A stretch of 64,000 nt of DNA from a virus (Duplodnaviria > Caudoviricetes), in the IMG/VR virus record IMGVR_UViG_3300029286_001711, one strand, 5' to 3'. The notes beneath the pieces were generated by a model. That model made no database searches and was not told the origin of the DNA. It worked only from the letters and a program-made list of their open reading frames with translations. Shown here one piece after another: positions 57,315 through 64,000 of the stretch (positions are counted from its first letter, which is position 1; each line of letters begins with the position of its first letter). The position numbers were made by a program, and so were the translations under genes.

Positions 57315-60227
57315 ATGAAAAAAGAAAAAGAACCTATTCTTCAGGCAACGCCTGAGGATATCAAATTGTTCCTTGAAGGACATGACCCCGAAAAATACAT
57401 CGTCGCAATAGAGTTAGACCAAACAGGTGATTGGTCGGTCGACGAATCTAATAGAGTTTACACTTTCATCGATGACCCTAAAAAGGGTAAGATGATAAAA
57501 ACCCAAAAATTTACACCCTTTTTATGGACTAAATCACTTAGAGGCAGTGGCTTTTACGGTGATGATATTGAAAAAATGCGTAAAGAGGCTAAGAAGTACG
57601 GTATTTTTACTGAGAAACTTAGAACAGATGATAATGAACGTCTTGAAGACGGATTTAAATTCATTGTTAAAACAACTGGAACTTATAGAGATTTAATAAA
57701 CTTCTTTAAACGTGGTGGTTTAGATCCTTGGAAGAGAAAAGACATGATTCAATTAATCCAACCGATTGAACAATTCATGATTCAAACAGGTAAAAGATTA
57801 TTTAAGGGTTGTGAAGAATATAACGATATACACAAGTTGGTATTTGATATTGAGACAACCTCTTTGGATCCAGAATCTGGACACATATTCTTGATAGGGA
57901 TAAAAGATAATCGTGGATATAGACAAATAATCGATTCTTATAATGAAGACGGCGTTTGGTCTGAAAAGACAGAACGTAAAATGTTAACTAAATTTTTCGA
58001 AATATTAACAGAACGTAATGCTTCAGTAATAACTGGTTATAATTCTGAGAATTTTGACTGGTATTACATATTAGGTAGAATGAAAATTCTAAATATGACT
58101 ACCGAAACATTTAAGTTTAGTAAAAGAGGTGATAAAACAACAACTATTGAATCCAAAGGTGTTATAAAAACCAGACATCCAGAAATCCCGATGGTTCGTA
58201 AAACAGCATCACTTAAATTAGGTGCTGAACTTGAAAATTACGAACAAACAGTTATGTGGGGTATTAATATTTTAGATACACTACATAGGGTTAGACAGGC
58301 ACAGGCTTTAAATTCTAATATTAGAGAGGCTGGATTAAAATACATAGCAAAAGAAGCTAAAGTAGAAAGACCAACTCGGGTTTATGTAGATGGTGGTCAA
58401 TTAGGTAAAATATGGACTGAAAATAAAAATTATAACTATAACCCAACAAGTGGTCAGTGGTACGACTTAGACGGTGTAAAACCAAGTCCTAAAACTCATG
58501 AAAATAAGAAGGGTGAAATGGTTGTAATTGACGGTTATGAAGATAAGTGGGAGATTAAAGATGGTAGATTTTTAATTACAGAATACTTAACGGATGACTT
58601 ATTGGAGACTGAACAAGTAGATGATATCTACACTCAAGCTGGTTTCTTAACGTCATCTTTAGTTCCGACAACTTTCGGACGTTCAATTACAATGGGTACG
58701 GCTACGTTATGGAAATTATTAATGATGGCTTGGTCTTATGAAAACGGTTTAGCATTACCAGATACATCACCTAAACGTGATTTTGTTGGTGGTTTATCTA
58801 GGTTACTACATTTAGGGTATAGTAGAAAGGTAGCTAAATTTGACTACGCATCACTCTACCCGTCAATTCAATTAACACACGAAGTATTTCCTGTTAGTGA
58901 TATAACTGGTGCGTTAAGAGCTATGTTATTATACCTTTATGATACCCGTAACAAATACAAAGGGTTGATGAATGAAGCTGCGGCAGCTGGTAATCAGATG
59001 TTGGCATCGAAATATGATAAAAAACAATTACCGATTAAGATTTTAAATAACTCCGCTTTTGGTTCTATTTCAGCACCATATATTTTCCCTTGGGGTGATA
59101 TCGATATTGGTGAACAAATTACCTGTACGGGTAGACAATATCTTCGTACAATGATTAAATTCTTTATGGATAGAGGTTATACTCCATTAGTATTAGATAC
59201 CGATGGTGTTAACTTTTCATCACCAGAAGATGTTGATTCACGTAAATACCTTGGTAAAGGATTACATCGTTTCGTTAAAAAGGATGTGGTTTATGAAGGT
59301 ATTGAAGCGGATGTTGCTGAATATAATGAAAGATTTATGTTTGGTGTTATGGGATTAGATATTGATGAAATTATGGATTCAACTGTTAACTTCTCAAGAA
59401 AGAATTACGCTATTTTGAAACAAGGTGGTAAAGTAAAATTCACTGGTAATACAATTAAGGGTAAAACAATCCAAAAATATATTGAAATATTTTTACATAA
59501 AGCCATTAGATTGTTACTAGATGGTAAAGGGAAAGAATTTGTGGATTATTACTATGAATATCTAGAACGTATCTATAACAAACAAGTTCCTTTAATTCAT
59601 ATCGCGAATAAAGCTAAAGTTAAAAGAAGTATTGAGTCATATCGTAAGAGGGGTGTAGATAAAAATGGTCGAGATTTACCTAGACAGGCTCATATGGAGT
59701 TAATTATTAGAGATAACATTCAAACTAGTTTGGGTGATACAATGTATTATGTTAATAATGGAACACGTAAGTCACATAACGATATTTCATTGAGTAGGAC
59801 TAAAAAGGATCCACCAGAGGGTACTGTTAAATTTAATTCCTATTTAATCACTGAAGAGGAGATTAAAAAGAATCCAGATTTAGTTGGTGAATATAACGTT
59901 CCAAAATATATTGAATCTTTTAATAAAAAAGTGGAACCACTTTTGGTTACTTTTCCATTACATGTTAGAGAATCACTTTTAATCGAAGATCCTGAATTTA
60001 AGCAATATTTCACATCTAAAGAGTTAGAACTTGTTGGCGGAATTCCGACAAAACCTGAAGACCAAGATACACTTGAAGGGTTAATGACTATGAGTGACGC
60101 TGAAATAGAGTTTTGGAGAATTAAAGGTATTTCACCTGAATATATGAATAAGGACCGTTTCAAAGATATGGAAGAATCTGTTATTGAGAACGAAGAAAGT
60201 ATTGGGTTAAAAAGAAACATTGGGTAA
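57315..60227 (+). CDS. polB: Family B DNA polymerase
   Basis: Exonuclease FDIET and GYNSENFDW. Polymerase FDYASLYPS, KILNNSAFG and LDTDG motifs. No intein. Confidence 0.93.
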   Translation: MKKEKEPILQATPEDIKLFLEGHDPEKYIVAIELDQTGDWSVDESNRVYTFIDDPKKGKMIKTQKFTPFLWTKSLRGSGFYGDDIEKMRKEAKKYGIFTEKLRTDDNERLEDGFKFIVKTTGTYRDLINFFKRGGLDPWKRKDMIQLIQPIEQFMIQTGKRLFKGCEEYNDIHKLVFDIETTSLDPESGHIFLIGIKDNRGYRQIIDSYNEDGVWSEKTERKMLTKFFEILTERNASVITGYNSENFDWYYILGRMKILNMTTETFKFSKRGDKTTTIESKGVIKTRHPEIPMVRKTASLKLGAELENYEQTVMWGINILDTLHRVRQAQALNSNIREAGLKYIAKEAKVERPTRVYVDGGQLGKIWTENKNYNYNPTSGQWYDLDGVKPSPKTHENKKGEMVVIDGYEDKWEIKDGRFLITEYLTDDLLETEQVDDIYTQAGFLTSSLVPTTFGRSITMGTATLWKLLMMAWSYENGLALPDTSPKRDFVGGLSRLLHLGYSRKVAKFDYASLYPSIQLTHEVFPVSDITGALRAMLLYLYDTRNKYKGLMNEAAAAGNQMLASKYDKKQLPIKILNNSAFGSISAPYIFPWGDIDIGEQITCTGRQYLRTMIKFFMDRGYTPLVLDTDGVNFSSPEDVDSRKYLGKGLHRFVKKDVVYEGIEADVAEYNERFMFGVMGLDIDEIMDSTVNFSRKNYAILKQGGKVKFTGNTIKGKTIQKYIEIFLHKAIRLLLDGKGKEFVDYYYEYLERIYNKQVPLIHIANKAKVKRSIESYRKRGVDKNGRDLPRQAHMELIIRDNIQTSLGDTMYYVNNGTRKSHNDISLSRTKKDPPEGTVKFNSYLITEEEIKKNPDLVGEYNVPKYIESFNKKVEPLLVTFPLHVRESLLIEDPEFKQYFTSKELELVGGIPTKPEDQDTLEGLMTMSDAEIEFWRIKGISPEYMNKDRFKDMEESVIENEESIGLKRNIG

Positions 60228-60245
60228 ATAATTGGTTTTTCTTTG

Positions 60246-60254
60246 ATATTTATA
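60246..60254 (+). promoter_or_regulatory. Putative late promoter motif ATATTTATA
   Basis: 15 nt upstream of ATG 60270. Confidence 0.55.
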
Positions 60255-60269
60255 AAGAAAACGGATTAT

Positions 60270-60974
60270 ATGATTAATTGGATAAAAGAATTTGTAGGCC
60301 AAAGTGGTGTTAGAATAGGTAGTAACAATGTTAAATTGAGTGTCGACAATTCTGTATCAGCCTCAAATAGTACAATTGACCCGATGTACAACCCCGAAGA
60401 TGGTGATCAACTTAAAAACGCTACTGCACAACAACGTCAACAAGGTTATAGAAAATTCCCATGGTCTTTAGTACCGATGCCAGCCCGTACGGTTGGTTTA
60501 TCTACATCAGTATCTTCTGAACCGTCTTCTGGGCCAACATATTCTTATATGGATGACACTGAAGAGGTTTTAACACCATCACAAAAAGTGAGAGAAAAAC
60601 AAAAATGGCCTGGTAAGAGTAATAAAAAACCGTCACCAGTACAGAAACCAAAAACTTCACCTTTCACTAATAACCCTAAAGAGAAATTAAAAGAAGCTTC
60701 CAGAAAAAAAATGGAAGAATATGTTGAAGATATTATTAGTAAAAAAAATCTATCTAAAGATGTTCTAAGTAAAAACGGTATTCCAGATGTTGACAACATA
60801 TCTGAAGATAACCCAGTTTTAGTTAGAAAAGTTAAAAGTCTAATCGATATCATCGAAAAGAACCAAGCCACAGGTGAACAAAAAGGTATGATATTGAATT
60901 ATTTAATCAATAATATCGGTACTGTAGACATCCCAGCTGAATATAAACAAGAAATGTTGAAAAAATTAAGATAA
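60270..60974 (+). CDS. Hypothetical protein (234 aa; start at 60270)
   Basis: The motif lies inside the track's TTG start, so ATG 60270 is preferred. Confidence 0.6.
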   Translation: MINWIKEFVGQSGVRIGSNNVKLSVDNSVSASNSTIDPMYNPEDGDQLKNATAQQRQQGYRKFPWSLVPMPARTVGLSTSVSSEPSSGPTYSYMDDTEEVLTPSQKVREKQKWPGKSNKKPSPVQKPKTSPFTNNPKEKLKEASRKKMEEYVEDIISKKNLSKDVLSKNGIPDVDNISEDNPVLVRKVKSLIDIIEKNQATGEQKGMILNYLINNIGTVDIPAEYKQEMLKKLR

Positions 60975-61486
60975 TGGCAAACAGTTCATTACAGGGATAC
61001 ACTTGGAATATACCAGAAAAGTTATATAACCATCTTCAACGTATTATGAATGCGTATAAAGGTGCTAAAAATGTTGAAGGTTATAAAAGGCTTGAAACTA
61101 TACTATCAAATAAAAAAATTAGTTATGAGAATCTTAAATTAATTAAGAATTTTTTTGACACTTTTGGTGGTACTATAAATGACACTGTTTATGTTCTGAA
61201 CGGTGGTACTAAAATGAAAGGTTGGGTTAATGACACATTATATAAAGCTAGAGAGGGTATTAAAAACCCTAAAGATGTTAAAATGAAATCTGGTATGAGT
61301 AATCAATTTCAAGATACTCACACAAAAGATGGTATATCAACAAATGATGTAAAAATAAAAAAACAAAAAGTAAGTTCTTCTTCTCGTAAAATTTCCGATA
61401 ATAAAGGTATTTATGAGATCAAGATAATGGAAAACATAATAAGCATCTTTGATAAAAACAAACAATTATGGCACACAGACAAGTAA
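60974..61486 (+). CDS. Basic hypothetical protein (170 aa)
   Basis: TAATG-coupled ORF. Confidence 0.6.
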   Translation: MANSSLQGYTWNIPEKLYNHLQRIMNAYKGAKNVEGYKRLETILSNKKISYENLKLIKNFFDTFGGTINDTVYVLNGGTKMKGWVNDTLYKAREGIKNPKDVKMKSGMSNQFQDTHTKDGISTNDVKIKKQKVSSSSRKISDNKGIYEIKIMENIISIFDKNKQLWHTDK

Positions 61487-61818
61487 TATCACCAGTATTG
61501 ACAAATCCAGACAGTGTTCAGGATATGGGACCAGGTGGGGTTTTAAACCAATTACCAAGTTTAAAAGAATCGGCTGATGCTGAAAGGAAGAAACTAACGG
61601 TTCTTAATGATTATAAGGACAACGATAATGACAGATACAACGCTCAACACGTAAATGCGTTAAGTGATAATGATGAACATGGTCGTGGTGAAACCAACAA
61701 CCAAGTAGGTACTAGAACCGATATTTTAACTAAAAATACTTTATTGTATTCGTCGGGTAATAAATACAAACCTGGTATGGGATATAATAACAAAAACTTC
61801 CCTGAAGAACATTGGTAA
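61468..61818 (+). CDS. Hypothetical protein (116 aa)
   Basis: Overlaps the upstream gene. D/N-rich. Confidence 0.6.
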   Translation: MAHRQVISPVLTNPDSVQDMGPGGVLNQLPSLKESADAERKKLTVLNDYKDNDNDRYNAQHVNALSDNDEHGRGETNNQVGTRTDILTKNTLLYSSGNKYKPGMGYNNKNFPEEHW

Positions 61819-61819
61819 G

Positions 61820-62203
61820 ATGAAACTTTACTCTATCTTAAATGAAGTTATTTTAGAGGCAGCTAGTAGAATGGAAGTAGAGAGGGCGATAACAAATCAC
61901 CAACCAATCAGAATCTATTATCAAGGCGACGATACTATTAACGCAGGTGAAAGGGATATCGAACCTTATGTATTAGGTCTTTCAAAAGCTGGCAACCCTA
62001 TACTTCGTGCATATCAATATAGAGGTGTTACAGATACTGAACAACCAGGATGGAAGACTTTTTTATTGGATAAGATTAGGGATTGGGATGAAGTAAGTTT
62101 TCCTTTTAGGTCACCTATTTCAGATAGATCACGTAACGCACAAAAATATAATGATAGAGGTGATAAGAGTATGATAACAATTTATAAACAAGCAAGGTTT
62201 TAA
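61820..62203 (+). CDS. Stand-alone WYL-domain protein (127 aa)
   Basis: AI....IRIYY...GERDIEPYVLG...LRAYQ...GWKTFLLDKI matches the WYL pattern. No HTH domain. Confidence 0.7.
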   Translation: MKLYSILNEVILEAASRMEVERAITNHQPIRIYYQGDDTINAGERDIEPYVLGLSKAGNPILRAYQYRGVTDTEQPGWKTFLLDKIRDWDEVSFPFRSPISDRSRNAQKYNDRGDKSMITIYKQARF

Positions 62204-62204
62204 T

Positions 62205-62870
62205 ATGAGTATGGATCCTAAATTAATGGAAATTTTAAAGAAAGCTAAACAGATAGATAAGGCTGCTGAGAAATTCGATGGGAGTGCCCCTAAAAAATCA
62301 AATTCAAGAGGTTTAATGGACCAAATTAGTGGTGACCAATTAATTACCGCTGAAGAAATGGCACACAGTGGTGGTAGAATGATGGAATCATCAGTAACTA
62401 ACATAAAAAAGGATATTGGTAATCCATCATATAATTCCGATGTTAAAAATTCCAAATTGCCACCAGCAATAAAAAGAGCAATGTTGGAAAATCCGATACC
62501 ACAAGGTGATATTAATTACGGAACTGGTGTGGATGAAGAAGCGATTAGACAAATAAGAGGTTCTGATAGTATATCTGAAACTAATCGTCCTTATTATAAT
62601 GAAGAAGATGAAACTGACATGTATGATAAACCTGTTAGAAGAACTGAAACAAAAAAGAAAGTTATAAGAGAACAGATTAGTCAACCTATTGATATTGACG
62701 AATCTTATATTAGAAAATTAATAGCATCTGAAATAACTAAAGCCCTACCTAAAATTATTGAACACTATTTTGATAGTCGTTTAGTTAAAGAAAATGTACA
62801 ATTTAAAGCTGGTAGTACCACCTTTTCTGGTACGGTAATGCCAATGCCAAAAGTAAAAGGAAAAGGATAA
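62205..62870 (+). CDS. Hypothetical protein (221 aa)
   Basis: Clean ORF with several I/L/M-x-E sites. Confidence 0.6.
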   Translation: MSMDPKLMEILKKAKQIDKAAEKFDGSAPKKSNSRGLMDQISGDQLITAEEMAHSGGRMMESSVTNIKKDIGNPSYNSDVKNSKLPPAIKRAMLENPIPQGDINYGTGVDEEAIRQIRGSDSISETNRPYYNEEDETDMYDKPVRRTETKKKVIREQISQPIDIDESYIRKLIASEITKALPKIIEHYFDSRLVKENVQFKAGSTTFSGTVMPMPKVKGKG

Positions 62871-62892
62871 TTCTAAATTAAAAAAACTAATC

Positions 62893-62949
62893 ATGGAAAA
62901 AGGTTGTGGATGTAAAGGTAAAAAAGGTACACCGAAAGGAAAAAGTTAA
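62893..62949 (+). CDS. Possible 18-aa basic microprotein MEKGCGCKGKKGTPKGKS
   Basis: A-rich start context like neighbouring genes, placed just before a terminator. Confidence 0.35.
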   Translation: MEKGCGCKGKKGTPKGKS

Positions 62950-62973
62950 TTAAAAACCCTTTACAAAAAGTAT

Positions 62974-63005
62974 AAAAACCGTCATTTTTATGTGACGGTT
63001 TTTTT
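62974..63005 (+). terminator. Rho-independent terminator
   Basis: AAAAACCGTCA-TTTTTATG-TGACGGTTTTTTT. Confidence 0.85.
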
Positions 63006-63033
63006 ATTTACAACAAATCGTCTTAAAAAATAT

Positions 63034-64000
63034 ATGAGCCAAATTAAAGTTTTAGTAATCCCTTCGGATCGTAGTGGTGTTTCGATGTTTAGATCAGTTG
63101 ACCCACATTTAAAATTACAAGAATTATACCCTAAAGAATTTTTTGTTGATATCGTAACAGCAGGAACTGACACTCTTAATTGGGATGATGATAGCTACTT
63201 AAAGCAATTTAATATAGTACATTTCCATAGAGCTGTTAACACCGTTGTCAATGGACAATTACAACCTGTTTACGGTGATGCTGCGAAGCATATCTTTGAT
63301 AAGCTTAAAAAAATGGGTATCACAACAATTATGGATATTGATGATTATTGGATGCCAACTCCCGATCACCCAGCCTACATGTTATTAAAACAGTCTAAGG
63401 TTGACGAATTAATCAAATCTAATATTAGAATTGTTGATTGGGTTATGACCACAACTGAAGTTTTTGCTAATGAAATTAGAAAGCTTAATAAAAATGTGAT
63501 TGTTGTACCTAACGCTATTGACCCTTCACAGGAACAATTCCAGTGTAAAGATGTTAAGAGTGATAAATTTAGAATTGGTTGGTTAGGTGGTTCTTCTCAC
63601 TTACATGATTTAGGTTTGATAAAACAAGGCTTAAATATTTGGATGAACGGTGAGGGTAAAAATGATACACAATTAGTACTTTGTGGTTTTGACTTAAGAG
63701 GTAATATTACAGAGACAAATCAACAAACTGGTGAGCAAAGAACCAGAAAGATTTTACCTATTGAAAGTGTTTGGTGTCGTTACGAAGAAATGTTCACCAA
63801 TAATTATGGTATACTTTCTCCAGAATATAAAAAACATCTTTTATCGTATAATCAAGATAATGATAAAGCTTACAACGATTCTAACGAACCATACCGTAGA
63901 GTTTGGACCAAACCCATTACCACTTACGCATCTAACTATAATATGTTTGATATTTCCTTAGCGCCAATTAAAGAACATATTTTTAACAAGTGTAAATCAC
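63034..64000 (+). CDS. GT-B fold glycosyltransferase, 3' end outside the window
   Basis: Hand translation open from ATG 63034 to the end: MDIDDYW, VVPNAID, RIGWLGGSSHLHDL, FDISLAPIKEHIFNKCKS. Absent from the ORF track because it has no stop in the window. Confidence 0.85.
   Translation, partial: MSQIKVLVIPSDRSGVSMFRSVDPHLKLQELYPKEFFVDIVTAGTDTLNWDDDSYLKQFNIVHFHRAVNTVVNGQLQPVYGDAAKHIFDKLKKMGITTIMDIDDYWMPTPDHPAYMLLKQSKVDELIKSNIRIVDWVMTTTEVFANEIRKLNKNVIVVPNAIDPSQEQFQCKDVKSDKFRIGWLGGSSHLHDLGLIKQGLNIWMNGEGKNDTQLVLCGFDLRGNITETNQQTGEQRTRKILPIESVWCRYEEMFTNNYGILSPEYKKHLLSYNQDNDKAYNDSNEPYRRVWTKPITTYASNYNMFDISLAPIKEHIFNKCKS

Noticed and set aside
8384-60227. Inteins or introns in nrdJ, dnaB, recA, SNF2 or polB
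   Set aside because: Lengths and motif spacing look normal, with no splice-junction or LAGLIDADG motifs.
186-63961. Numerous 60-145 aa ORFs in the track antisense to or nested in long genes (e.g. 5864, 7078, 10233, 17498, 19798, 25693, 33102, 37300, 41374, 59840, 63731)
   Set aside because: They are shadow frames of well-supported genes, with no motifs or start context.
1-64000. Genome-wide stop codon reassignment (TAG to Gln or TGA to Trp)
   Set aside because: Genes of up to 2233 codons are open in the standard code, TGA terminates four genes with coupled downstream starts, and only one in-frame TAG was found.
1-64000. CRISPR array, tRNA genes, diversity-generating retroelement, integrase or IS element
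   Set aside because: Intergenic gaps are short and explained by promoters and terminators. No spaced repeats, cloverleaf, reverse transcriptase or transposase motif was seen.

Overview
This is a 64-kb, AT-rich, densely coding segment of a large lytic contractile-tailed (myovirus/jumbo-type) phage genome read in the standard genetic code. The host is most likely a Bacteroidota species, based on a Bacteroidota-style ClpP, SprB-like repeats, TTG-N19/20-TAnnTT(T/C)x promoters and A-rich starts without Shine-Dalgarno sequences. Positions 1-48.2 kb are mostly on the minus strand and 48.3-64 kb on the plus strand. The window holds baseplate genes (gp6-, gp25- and gp53-like, a tube initiator, and a 2233-aa hub with M23 and lysozyme domains), tape measure, tail assembly chaperone, tube, sheath, terminator, neck and fibre genes. 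These are interleaved with a replication block (class II RNR, DnaB-like helicase, 5'-3' exonuclease, RecA, gp32-like SSB), a SNF2 helicase, a family B DNA polymerase and a glycosyltransferase that runs off the right edge. No capsid, terminase, integrase, tRNA, CRISPR array or intein was seen. The strongest unexplained signals are: (1) a family of late genes sharing a basic amphipathic N-terminal leader ending in I/L-x-E, which looks like a head-cargo addressing system and includes a C39 peptidase-GNAT fusion, two acidic CxxCC paralogs, a glycine-zipper membrane protein and a stand-alone WYL protein; (2) a strongly enriched [S/T]-G-x-[T/S] motif in tail, fibre and sheath proteins, with a phage glycosyltransferase nearby; (3) a +1/-2 frameshift on a U7 run in the tail chaperone; (4) a sense-strand ATATTTATA upstream motif that is the reverse complement of the T4 late promoter; (5) an amber-interrupted ORF missed by the ORF track. 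All family assignments come from motif recognition by eye, with no database searches run, and all counts are hand counts.
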